A stretch of 49,115 nt of DNA from Armatimonadota bacterium (GCA_037446215.1 JBBIJB010000011.1:329-49443); one strand, 5' to 3'; numbered from the stretch's first letter, positions 18,195 through 26,432 are shown. The notes: generated from the sequence alone by a model not told the origin. Numbers and translations: made by a program.

Positions 18195-18348
18195 CTTGAA
18201 GCCTCCTGCCTCCCATGCGTTTTCCTTCGCTGTAGAGTTCGACAGGGCAGGCGGGGGGCCTTCACAGGGAGGTTTGGGCCGGGGCAGCACCGAATGCGAC
18301 ACAAACCCCCATGCGAGAGTCGATCGCCATGCCCGAGGAGGTCCCTCG

Positions 18349-18978
18349 ATGTCCAACGTCCACGTGTTCGATCACCCGCTGATCCGTCACAAGGTGACGA
18401 TTCTTCGCGACCGCAAGACGGGCCACAAGGAGTTCCGCGAGCTCACCGAGGAGCTTGCGATGCTCATGGCCTATGAGGCCACCAGGAACCACCCCGTGCG
18501 GGAGGTGGAGGTCGAGACGCCGCTGGCCAGGACGACGGGCTGGTCAATAGCAGGGCAGGAGCTGGCGCTGGTTCCCGTGCTTCGCGCGGGGCTGGCAATG
18601 GAGGCCGCGATCTCCCGGCTGATTCCAACCGCGCGGGTCGGGCACATCGGGATCTACCGCGACCACGACACGCTCAAGCCCGTCAGCTACTTCGTGAAGC
18701 TTCCCGCGGACATCTCCGAGCGCGAGGCGATGATCCTCGACCCGATGCTCGCAACCGGGGGATCGACCGTGGCCGCGATCGACACCCTCAAGGCCCACGG
18801 GTGCCGATCGATGGTGGTGATGGCGATAATATCGGCTCCCGAGGGCATCAAGGCGGTCACGGATGCCCATCCCGACGTTGACATATACACCGCGGCCGTC
18901 GACAGCCACCTGAACGACAAGGGGTACATCCTGCCCGGCCTGGGCGACGCGGGTGACCGTCTGTTTGGAACCAGGTAG
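18349..18978 (+). CDS. upp: Uracil phosphoribosyltransferase
   Basis: MSNVHVFDHPLIRHKVTILRD and PRPP loop ILDPMLATGGS, C-terminal YILPGLGDAGDRLFGT. ATG 18349 behind GAGGAGG. Confidence 0.95.
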   Translation: MSNVHVFDHPLIRHKVTILRDRKTGHKEFRELTEELAMLMAYEATRNHPVREVEVETPLARTTGWSIAGQELALVPVLRAGLAMEAAISRLIPTARVGHIGIYRDHDTLKPVSYFVKLPADISEREAMILDPMLATGGSTVAAIDTLKAHGCRSMVVMAIISAPEGIKAVTDAHPDVDIYTAAVDSHLNDKGYILPGLGDAGDRLFGTR

Positions 18979-20731
18979 GCTGCTGGAGATCCTGCGTGCC
19001 GCTTCGGTCATTGCCGTCGCGGCGCTGATCGGGAGCCTGCCCGCAGGAGTCCTCCTTGGGCGCCGCTTCGCCGGCCAGGACATAAGGCGAGTCTCTCCCC
19101 ACAACCTGGGCCTGGGGACCGTGGTGGCGGCGGTGGGGCTGCCCGTCCTCGCAGCCGCCGTGGCGCTCGACTTCCTGAAGGGGCTCGCCGCCGTGGCGCT
19201 GACAGGACTGCTCGGCGCCTCGGGGTGGGTAATGGCCGGGGGGGCCGCGGGTGCCGTGGCCGGTCACACCTGGCTCTCGCTCTGGCCGGCCGCACCCAGG
19301 GTCGGGGCCAGGTCAAAGGGGATCGCGGTGGCTCTCGGCTCGCTCGCCGCGCTGGTACTCCTGCGCTCCGTCTCCCTCGCCTCGCTCGCGATCCCGCTCG
19401 TGGTCGCGGTAGCGGCCCTGGTGCTGCCTGGGCTTCTGGGGGGCGGCTCGCCCGCGGAGGGCGCGGGGCGAAGGTGGGGGTACCTGTCGCTCGCGGCGGT
19501 GCTGGGCGCGGTCAGCCTGCCTGTCGTGCTCTGGCTGGAGGATGCCGAGACTCCCTACGTTGCCCTCGGCCTGTTCCTGGCGGCGCTGACCCTGTGGCAC
19601 CACAAGGAGCACCTGGGGCGCATCGCCGACGGCACCGAGCCCAGGGTCGGAGAGAGACTGCCTCATCCTGCGCTCGGCGGTGAGGTGGCGTGCGCCTTCC
19701 TCATACACCCGATGAGCGTGGAAGACAACCTGGAGGCCGGGCGCTTCCGCTGGATGGCGCCGCTGCGCAGGCTGGGCCTGGCCAGCGACGGGCTCGTCCG
19801 TAGGGCCGCGCGCCTGATGCGGCCGATGAAGGTGGACGAGATCCGGCCCGTGGTAACCGCCGACGGAAGGCGGGCGAGGGTCTACCTGATCGGCGTTCCG
19901 CTGCTGCCCGACCAGATCCGCGGTGAGCCCGCTCTCGCCGTCTTGCGGGCGGTTCAGGCCGCCGATCTCGCCGCGAACCTGGGCGCGACCGTGCTCGGGC
20001 TGGGCGCCTACTGGTCGGTCGTAGGCAACAAGGGCATCGAGGTCCAGCAGCGCTCCTCGATAGCGGTCACCAACGGAGGGGCCTACACAGCGGGCACCGT
20101 GCAGATGGCGGTCCCCCTGATTCTCGAGAGGCTGAGAGAGCGTGGGGCCGACCCGTCGCGCGCCGCCGTCGGCGTGGTCGGAGCGAACGGCGTGGTGGGG
20201 TTCGGGATCTGCCGTCAGATAGCTCCCCACGTTTCCCGCCTGATCATGGTGGGCACCGACCCAGAGAGGCTCGAGCGGTCGAGCGAGCTGCTCTTGCGGC
20301 GCCACGCCGGGCTCCGGATCGAGACCACCACAGAACTGGACCGGCTGCGCGAGGCCGACGCCGTATTCACGGCGACCTCCTCTCCTGAGCCGGTAGTCTT
20401 CCCCCGTCACGTGAGGGAGGGCTGCCTCCTCATAGACCTGGGCAGGCCGTTCGATGTTGCCCCCGAGGTCGGCGAGATGGCCGGGGTCGAGGTCATCCCG
20501 GGTGGAGTGGTCCGGCTGCCCGGGGATCCGCGCTGGCGCATTGACCTCGGCTACGGCCCGGGGCTGGTGCCGGCCTGCCTGGCAGAGACGCTCATACTGG
20601 CCGTGGAGGGCTGTTACGACCGTGCGAGCCTGGGACCCCGAACGAGGGCCGAGGACGTAGAGTTCCTTGTGGAGCGGGGGAGGGCGCTGGGGCTGCAGGT
20701 GCAGACCAGGGGCCGCCTCACGGCGGTTTGA
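18953..20731 (+). CDS. Fusion protein: PlsY-like (acyl-phosphate acyltransferase family) membrane domain plus COG5322 / acyl-ACP-reductase-like NAD(P)-binding domain
   Basis: aa ~10-215 has multiple TM helices with PlsY-like blocks (AALIGSLPAGVLLG; VSPHNLGLGT in place of GSGNxGATN; LDFLKG; GHTW..SKGIAVALG). aa ~235-592 aligns by eye to cyanobacterial acyl-ACP reductase / predicted amino-acid dehydrogenase (FLIHPMS.., LGLGAYWS, Rossmann VGVVGANGVVGFGICRQI, ..PACLAETLILAVEG). Exact start is uncertain (GTG 18953 or TTG 18965, overlapping the upp 3' end). Confidence 0.7.
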   Translation: MTVCLEPGRLLEILRAASVIAVAALIGSLPAGVLLGRRFAGQDIRRVSPHNLGLGTVVAAVGLPVLAAAVALDFLKGLAAVALTGLLGASGWVMAGGAAGAVAGHTWLSLWPAAPRVGARSKGIAVALGSLAALVLLRSVSLASLAIPLVVAVAALVLPGLLGGGSPAEGAGRRWGYLSLAAVLGAVSLPVVLWLEDAETPYVALGLFLAALTLWHHKEHLGRIADGTEPRVGERLPHPALGGEVACAFLIHPMSVEDNLEAGRFRWMAPLRRLGLASDGLVRRAARLMRPMKVDEIRPVVTADGRRARVYLIGVPLLPDQIRGEPALAVLRAVQAADLAANLGATVLGLGAYWSVVGNKGIEVQQRSSIAVTNGGAYTAGTVQMAVPLILERLRERGADPSRAAVGVVGANGVVGFGICRQIAPHVSRLIMVGTDPERLERSSELLLRRHAGLRIETTTELDRLREADAVFTATSSPEPVVFPRHVREGCLLIDLGRPFDVAPEVGEMAGVEVIPGGVVRLPGDPRWRIDLGYGPGLVPACLAETLILAVEGCYDRASLGPRTRAEDVEFLVERGRALGLQVQTRGRLTAV

Positions 20732-20737
20732 CCGGTG

Positions 20738-20746
20738 TGGTAGCAT
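20738..20746 (+). promoter_or_regulatory. Possible extended -10 element TGgTAGCAT upstream of glnA
   Basis: TG at 20738-20739 and TAGCAT at 20741-20746, ~27 nt before ATG 20774 (SD GGGGGGACAGGG). The TTGACC at 20728 is only 7 nt away, so it cannot be its -35. Confidence 0.25.
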
Positions 20747-20773
20747 GGACGGAAAACGATCGGGGGGACAGGG

Positions 20774-22096
20774 ATGACCAAGGCCCAAGTACTCGAGCGG
20801 GCGGCCGCGCTCGGTGTGCGCTTCGTGCGCCTGCAGTTCACCGACATACTGGGGACCCTGAAGAACGTGGAGATCCCAGTGGAGCAGCTCGAGCGGGCGC
20901 TCGACAACGAGATACTGTTCGACGGCTCCTCGATCGAAGGGTTCGTGCGGATAGAGGAGTCGGACATGCGGCTCATCCCGGATCCGTCGACCTTCGTCCT
21001 GTTTCCCTGGAAGAGCCAGCAAGGCGCGACGGCCCGGCTGATCTGCGACATCCAGACCGCGGACGGTGAGCCGTTCGCGGGAGACCCCCGCTACGTCCTG
21101 CGCCGCGCCATCGCCGCCGCCGAGCGCGAGGGGTTGACGATGATGGCCGGGCCGGAGTGCGAGTTCTACCTCTTCTCGCTGGACTCGGAGGGCCAGCCCG
21201 TGCTCCAGAGCCACGATCGGGCCGGCTACTTCGACATGGCGCCGGTCGACAAGGGAGAGGAAGCCCGCGCCGACATGGTCACGGCGCTCTCCGCGATGGG
21301 GTTCGAGGTGGAGGCAGGGCACCATGAGGTGGGGCCCAGCCAGCACGAGATCGACTTCAAGTACGCGGACGCCCTCAGGACCGCAGATAACGTCGCCACC
21401 TTCAGGTTCGTCGTGCGTACCATCGCGCGGCGCCACGGGCTCCACGCGACGTTCATGCCGAAGCCGGTCTTTGGGATCCCGGGGTCGGGCATGCACACCC
21501 ACCAGTCGCTCTACCGCGACGGCCAGAACGCGTTCTACGACCCCAAGGGCGCCTTCCAGCTCAGCGACGCCTGCCTCTACTACATGGGCGGCCTGCTGGC
21601 GCACGCTCACGGCTTCGCGGCGGTCACCAACCCTCTGGTCAACTCCTACAAGCGGCTGGTTCCCGGATACGAGGCGCCTGTCTACGTCGCCTGGGCCGAG
21701 CGCAACCGCTCGCCGCTCGTCCGCGTGCCGGCGGCCAGGGGGAATGCCACCCGCGTCGAGCTCAGGATGCCGGACCCGTCCTGCAACCCCTACCTGGCCA
21801 TGGCAGTGATGCTTGCTTCCGGCCTCGATGGAATGACGCAGAAGGAGGACCCGGGACCGCCGCTCAACCGCAACATCTACACCATGAGCGAGGACGAGCT
21901 GGAGAGCCTCGGCGTCAGGGTTCTCCCTCGAGACCTGGACGAGGCCGTGCGCAGGATGCTGGACGACGAGCTCGTGTGCGCCACCCTTGGAAGCCACATC
22001 GTCGAGCACCTGTCGCGCGCCGCGCGCCACGACTGGCGCGAGTACGTCACGCGCATCCACCAGTGGGAAGTCGATCGCTTCCTGACGGCCTTCTAG
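20774..22096 (+). CDS. glnA: Glutamine synthetase, type I
   Basis: VRFVRLQFTDILGTLKNVEIP, FDGSSIEGF, HHEVGPSQHEIDF, PKPVFGIPGSGMHTHQSL; 440 aa. Confidence 0.95.
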   Translation: MTKAQVLERAAALGVRFVRLQFTDILGTLKNVEIPVEQLERALDNEILFDGSSIEGFVRIEESDMRLIPDPSTFVLFPWKSQQGATARLICDIQTADGEPFAGDPRYVLRRAIAAAEREGLTMMAGPECEFYLFSLDSEGQPVLQSHDRAGYFDMAPVDKGEEARADMVTALSAMGFEVEAGHHEVGPSQHEIDFKYADALRTADNVATFRFVVRTIARRHGLHATFMPKPVFGIPGSGMHTHQSLYRDGQNAFYDPKGAFQLSDACLYYMGGLLAHAHGFAAVTNPLVNSYKRLVPGYEAPVYVAWAERNRSPLVRVPAARGNATRVELRMPDPSCNPYLAMAVMLASGLDGMTQKEDPGPPLNRNIYTMSEDELESLGVRVLPRDLDEAVRRMLDDELVCATLGSHIVEHLSRAARHDWREYVTRIHQWEVDRFLTAF

Positions 22097-22130
22097 CCGT
22101 GCGATCCGGGAGCTGGACGGGGGAGGCGAG

Positions 22131-23123
22131 ATGAGCCGCGAGCGGTGGCCGCTCTTCTCAGACGTCCTTTCGGCCAGGCGCGCAATTGCCCCCTACCTTC
22201 GGCCGACCCCGCTCGTCGGGTCGCGGGCACTCGACCGCATTCTCGGAGCCACCGCGTTCGTCAAGTGCGAGAACGCTAACCCCACGCGTGCCTTCAAGGT
22301 CAGGGGCGGCGTCAACCTGATCTCGCGCCTATCGGACGAGGAGCGCAGGCGAGGGGTCATTACGGCGTCGAGCGGAAACCACGGTCAGTCTATCGCGTAC
22401 GCCGCGGGGCTGTTCGGGGCGCGGGCGGTGATAGGCGTGCCCGAGCGGTCGAACCCGGTGAAGCTCCAGGCGATACGGGAGTTCGGTGCCGAGGTTGTCG
22501 AGGTCGGGAAGGACTTCGACGAGGCGAGGGAGTGGGTGGAGCGCACCGCCGAGGCCGAGGGGTACCGCTACATCCACTCGGGCGACGAGCCGCTGCTGAT
22601 CGCCGGGGTGGGCACCGCGAGCCTCGAGCTGATGGAGGAGGTCCCCGACCTCGAGGTCGTCGTCGTGCCGGTGGCGGGCGGCTCCGGCGCCTGCGGCCAT
22701 CTCACGGCCGCCAAGGCGATCAACCCCCGAGTCCAGGTCATCGGCGTGCAGGCCGCCGGCGCGCCTGCCGTCTACCGCTCCTGGAAGGAGGGGCGGCCGA
22801 TCAGCCTGGAGTCGGTGGCGACCAAGGCCGAAGGCCTCGCCACGAGAGTACCGTTCTCACTCACCCTTGCCATGATGATGGAGCGCCTCGACGATATGGT
22901 CCTGGTCGAGGACGAGGAGATGGAGGAGGGTGTTCGCCTCCTCCTGGATACCACCCGCCAGGTGGCCGAGCTCGCCGGCGCCGCGGCACTGGCCGCGGCA
23001 CTGCGCATGCGGGACCGCATCGCGGGCCGCAAGGTCGGCCTGATCCTCAGCGGCGGGAACATCACAATGGAAGCGCTGCGGGCGATCCTATCCCCTTCGG
23101 GACCGGTAGGCGGCCTTGCCTAG
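22131..23123 (+). CDS. PLP-dependent threonine/serine dehydratase (threonine ammonia-lyase-like, no ACT domain)
   Basis: PLP-lysine block ENANPTRAFKVRGG, SSGNHGQSIAYAA, glycine loop VPVAGGSGACG; 330 aa. Confidence 0.85.
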   Translation: MSRERWPLFSDVLSARRAIAPYLRPTPLVGSRALDRILGATAFVKCENANPTRAFKVRGGVNLISRLSDEERRRGVITASSGNHGQSIAYAAGLFGARAVIGVPERSNPVKLQAIREFGAEVVEVGKDFDEAREWVERTAEAEGYRYIHSGDEPLLIAGVGTASLELMEEVPDLEVVVVPVAGGSGACGHLTAAKAINPRVQVIGVQAAGAPAVYRSWKEGRPISLESVATKAEGLATRVPFSLTLAMMMERLDDMVLVEDEEMEEGVRLLLDTTRQVAELAGAAALAAALRMRDRIAGRKVGLILSGGNITMEALRAILSPSGPVGGLA

Positions 23124-23562
23124 GCCCTCGTGGGATGAGTACTTCATGCGGATGGCCCACCTGGCCAGCTCCCGCTCGACCTGCCTTCGCCGGCAGGTGG
23201 GCGCGGTGGTGGTCAAGGAGCGGATGGTCCTCTCCACGGGCTACAACGATACGCCGCGCGGCCTGCCCAACTGCGGCGATGGGGGCTGCGAGCGCTGCGC
23301 CAGCGAGGTGCCTCCGGGCTCGGGTCATGACACCTGCCTGTGCCTCCACGCCGAGCAGAACGCCATAATACAGGCCGCCTATCACGGTGTGACCATCGCG
23401 GGCGCGGCGATCTACGTGACCCACCAGCCGTGCCTCGTCTGCGCCAAGATGATCCTCAACGCCGGGATCCGCCGGGTGGTGTTCGCCGGGGACTATCCCG
23501 ATCCGGCGGCGCGCGAGATGCTGGAGGCCGCCGGGGTTGAACTAGTGAGGGCGCCGTGGTAG
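23116..23562 (+). CDS. dCMP deaminase (ComEB-type cytidine/deoxycytidylate deaminase)
   Basis: WDEYFMRMAHLASSRSTC, Zn motifs CLHAEQNA and PCLVCAKMI. TTG start overlaps the upstream stop by 8 nt. Confidence 0.9.
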   Translation: MPRPSWDEYFMRMAHLASSRSTCLRRQVGAVVVKERMVLSTGYNDTPRGLPNCGDGGCERCASEVPPGSGHDTCLCLHAEQNAIIQAAYHGVTIAGAAIYVTHQPCLVCAKMILNAGIRRVVFAGDYPDPAAREMLEAAGVELVRAPW

Positions 23563-23598
23563 AGTAGTTCCAGTCGTTATGGTTGCGTCTTCGGAAGT

Positions 23599-23635
23599 GG
23601 GCGAGGCCGCTGGCGGCCCCGCCCGTTTCTTGTGT
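23599..23635 (+). terminator. Intrinsic terminator after the dCMP deaminase gene
   Basis: GGGCGaGGCCG-ctgg-CGGCCcCGCCC stem-loop (23599-23624) followed by GTTTCTTGTGT. Confidence 0.5.
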
Positions 23636-23739
23636 CCGCGGTGTTGATCCCCCAGGTCTGGGTGAACCGGTGGGCACGCGCAGATACCGGCTAATCCCAG
23701 GCCCGGCCTTCCTCCGGGCCGCATCAGGAGGTAAGTTCG

Positions 23740-24873
23740 ATTACAACAGCAGCCAAAGAGGCCGCGTTCGGCGGCCTCACCACGCGTCCGGAGATGCTCC
23801 GGGCGATCTCCCGCATGGGCTGGACCGAGCCCACCCCAATTCAATCGAAGGTGATCCCTCTACTGTCGGGGGGCCATGACGTCGCAGGCCAGGCACAGAC
23901 CGGCTCCGGCAAGACCGGCGCCTTCGCGATCCCTATGATCGAACTCCTTGATCTCAACACGCGCCGCCCCCAGGCACTCGTGCTTGCACCGACCCGGGAG
24001 CTGGCCCTGCAGATCGCCGAGGTGGTGCGCTCCCTCGGCGGCCCGCGCGTGAAGGTCGCCGTCCTCTACGGGGGGCAGCCGATCGAGAGGCAGTTGAGCG
24101 CGCTCGCCGCGGGCGTCCACGTGGTGGTGGCCACCCCGGGGCGGCTTCTGGACCACCTGAGCAGGGGCACCGTACGCCTTGACTCGGTGCGGTTCCTCGT
24201 GCTGGACGAGGCCGACAGGATGCTCGACATGGGTTTCCTGCCCGACGTCGAGAGGATAGTCCAGAGGGTTCCAAACGCGCGGCAGACGGCGCTCTTCTCG
24301 GCGACCCTCTCTACTCAGGTCGGCGAGATCGCCTCGCGCCACATGCGGGAGCCGCGGTGGGTTGCCGTCACCGCGTCGGCGCCCACGGTGGACACGGTCA
24401 CCCAGTACTACCTCGAGGTGGCCGAGCAGGACAAGGTACGCGCGCTCCGCCTGCTCCTGACAAGCGGTGACGTTCCCTCGGCCCTGGTCTTCCGGCGCAC
24501 CCGAAGGGGCGTGGACCGGCTGGCCAGGATCCTCAAGGAGCGCGGCCACGCCGTCGAGGTCCTGCACGGTGACATGACGCAGGGCGCCCGGCTGAGGGCT
24601 CTCCAGGCGTTCTCCCAGGGCAGGGTGCGGATGCTGATAGCGACGAACGTCGCGGCCCGAGGCCTGGACCTGCCCGAGGTCTCGCATGTGATAAACTTCG
24701 ACATGCCCGAGGATTTGGACACCTACGTCCACAGGGTCGGTCGCACCGCTCGCGCAGGCCGCCCCGGAGAGGCGATAACCTTCGTCGGGCAGTGGGATAT
24801 GGAGGCGTTCGACGTGCTCGCCCGGAGGCTGGGCGACTCGCTTCGGCAGCATCCGCTGCCGCTGTACGGATAG
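23740..24873 (+). CDS. DEAD-box ATP-dependent RNA helicase (probable ATT start)
   Basis: Motifs: Q (F..GWTEPTPIQ), I AQTGSGKT, Ia PTRELA, II DEAD, III SAT, VI HRVGRTARAG. The first ATG (23794) removes the conserved Phe of the Q motif and has no SD. The frame is open from 23695 and contains only ATT (23740) as a near-cognate start, 8 nt after AGGAGG (23726-23731). Confidence 0.85.
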   Translation: MTTAAKEAAFGGLTTRPEMLRAISRMGWTEPTPIQSKVIPLLSGGHDVAGQAQTGSGKTGAFAIPMIELLDLNTRRPQALVLAPTRELALQIAEVVRSLGGPRVKVAVLYGGQPIERQLSALAAGVHVVVATPGRLLDHLSRGTVRLDSVRFLVLDEADRMLDMGFLPDVERIVQRVPNARQTALFSATLSTQVGEIASRHMREPRWVAVTASAPTVDTVTQYYLEVAEQDKVRALRLLLTSGDVPSALVFRRTRRGVDRLARILKERGHAVEVLHGDMTQGARLRALQAFSQGRVRMLIATNVAARGLDLPEVSHVINFDMPEDLDTYVHRVGRTARAGRPGEAITFVGQWDMEAFDVLARRLGDSLRQHPLPLYG

Positions 24874-24883
24874 GGAGAAGCGG

Positions 24884-25402
24884 ATGGGTGAGCACCCGGA
24901 GCCAGTGCTGGCCCTCGTCGAGGTTCCTCGGGGAAGCAGGAACAAGTACGAGATCGATCCGGCGAGGGGCGGCATCCGCCTGGACAGGGTGCTGTACTCG
25001 CCGCTGCACTACCCCGCCGACTACGGCTTAATTGTCGATACCCTGGCCGAAGACGGCGACCACCTGGACGCCCTCATATTCACCTACGAGCCGACGTTCC
25101 CAGGATGCTACGTCGAGGTCCGCCCGATAGGCGTGCTGCACATGCGCGATGAGAAGGGGCTGGACCAGAAGATCCTGGCGGTGCCCGTGGGCGACCCCAG
25201 ATTCGATGGCGTGGCGGATCTGGAGCACATCCCCCCGCACTTCCTCAAGGAGACCCAGCACTTCTTCACGGTCTACAAGACGCTTGAGCAGAAGCCGGTC
25301 GAGATCTACGGCTGGGCCGGCTCCGCCGAGGCGTGGAAGCTGGTCGGCGAGGCGCGTCGCCGCTTCCGGGAAGGGGCTTCGGGAGAGAAGCCCGAGAGCT
25401 AG
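24884..25402 (+). CDS. ppa: Inorganic pyrophosphatase (family I)
   Basis: VEVPRGSRNKYEID, YPADYG, DGDHLDALI; 172 aa; 10 nt after the helicase stop. Confidence 0.95.
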   Translation: MGEHPEPVLALVEVPRGSRNKYEIDPARGGIRLDRVLYSPLHYPADYGLIVDTLAEDGDHLDALIFTYEPTFPGCYVEVRPIGVLHMRDEKGLDQKILAVPVGDPRFDGVADLEHIPPHFLKETQHFFTVYKTLEQKPVEIYGWAGSAEAWKLVGEARRRFREGASGEKPES

Positions 25403-26343
25403 GCGGAGGCAGTGGGCCCGGCGGCCTCCGCCCGCTTCCTGACGTACCTGGCGAGCCCGAGGGCGTTGTAGCGCGAGGGCATCACCATCTCGTAGTGGGC
25501 CAGGTCGGCCCCGGCTCCTGTCTGTGCCAGCCGCGCCGAGTCGAGAGCGGCGAGGCGTTCCGCGATCGCATCTTCGTCCTGCCCGTTCCGCAGCGCCTTC
25601 TCCGCGTGCTCGAGCCCGAGGCGGATCCGGCGCTGGGCCTGCTCCAGAAGGCTGTCGGCCTCCCGGTGCGCGCCGTAGTGCGTGAGCAGGAGCCGCCGCG
25701 GCTCCAGCGACCTCATGCGGTCCAGCGTGGCGATCCAGGTGGGCACGTCCAGCTCCGGAGGCGGCGTGGGCACCCGCACGTGGCGGCTTCCACCGAGGAC
25801 CATTCCGGCGGCGTCGCCCGTGAAGAGGTCACCCGAGGGCTCGTCGAAGTAGACCACGTGATGGGCGGCGTGGCCGGGCGAGGCCAGGGCCGTTATCGCT
25901 CTGGAGCCGAGCACCAGCCGCTCGCCGTCCTCCAGCGGCCTGACCCGGTCCCCTGGCAGGGCGACCATCGTGCCTAGCAGGGTGTCCATCTCATCGCCGT
26001 AGAGCCTGCGCGCGCTGGAGAGAAGCTTCGAGGGATCCAAGAGGTGGGGCGCTCCCATCGGATGGACGTAGACCTCGATCCCCGGGTAGCGGCGTGCCAG
26101 ATCCCCGGCCGCGCCCGCATGGTCCAGGTGGATGTGGGTGACGGCCACCGCCTTCAGGTCGTCCGGGTCGACTCCCGCCTCACGGATGCCCTCGACGACC
26201 GCTTCCAAGGTCACCTGCGGGCCGGTCTCGATCAGGGCGGGCCTATCACCCAGCAACAGGTAGGCTCCTATCGATCGCGGGGTCCCATTGAAGCCGGTGT
26301 CGATCAGGATCAGGTCGTCTCCCAGGCGCTCTGTGCGCGGCAT
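25399..26343 (-). CDS. MBL-fold metallo-hydrolase
   Basis: HxHxDH motif (THIHLDHAG) plus downstream His/Asp blocks. ATG 26343 lies 6 nt after GGAGG. The track start 26550 would run through the divergent ctc promoter. Confidence 0.8.
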   Translation of the reverse strand: MPRTERLGDDLILIDTGFNGTPRSIGAYLLLGDRPALIETGPQVTLEAVVEGIREAGVDPDDLKAVAVTHIHLDHAGAAGDLARRYPGIEVYVHPMGAPHLLDPSKLLSSARRLYGDEMDTLLGTMVALPGDRVRPLEDGERLVLGSRAITALASPGHAAHHVVYFDEPSGDLFTGDAAGMVLGGSRHVRVPTPPPELDVPTWIATLDRMRSLEPRRLLLTHYGAHREADSLLEQAQRRIRLGLEHAEKALRNGQDEDAIAERLAALDSARLAQTGAGADLAHYEMVMPSRYNALGLARYVRKRAEAAGPTASA

Positions 26344-26404
26344 CCGCATCCTCCATCTCGACGGAGTTCGGACACCAAGATACCACAACGGCCCTGAGGC
26401 GGCC

Positions 26405-26432
26405 TTGCCCGGAGCGCGCCCCATGTTATAAT
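26405..26432 (+). promoter_or_regulatory. Sigma-A type promoter for ctc-pth (TTGCCC-16-TGtTATAAT)
   Basis: -35 TTGCCC at 26405-26410, 16-nt spacer, TG at 26424-26425, consensus TATAAT at 26427-26432. About 50-nt leader to ATG 26489. Confidence 0.5.

Noticed and set aside
18195-18348. ZTP (pfl-motif)-like riboswitch upstream of glyA, prompted by CCGCCTGCCC on the minus-strand leader.
   Set aside because: The conserved 3' element should read CCGCCTGGGC, and I could not find the 5' GGGTCGTG / CGGGCGGA subdomain. Only cmsearch with the ZTP model could revive this.
20728-20746. TTGACC at 20728 as the -35 for the glnA TAGCAT -10, and a GlnR/TnrA box (TGTNAN7TNACA) around TGTGGTAGCATGGACGG.
   Set aside because: The spacer between TTGACC and TAGCAT is only 7 nt. 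The putative box lacks the 3' TNACA half-site.
19313-22060. 915-aa minus-strand ORF spanning the PlsY-fusion and glnA loci. Similar long ORFs occur at 14454..16058 (-), 37550..39457 (-), 46871..48406 (-), 5158..6390 (-), 8297..9649 (-), 43641..45095 (+) and 17247..18476 (+).
   Set aside because: All lie antisense to or out of frame with genes that have unmistakable conserved motifs. Their translations are Arg/Gly/Pro/His-rich low-complexity sequence, typical of stop-codon-poor alternative frames in GC-rich DNA.
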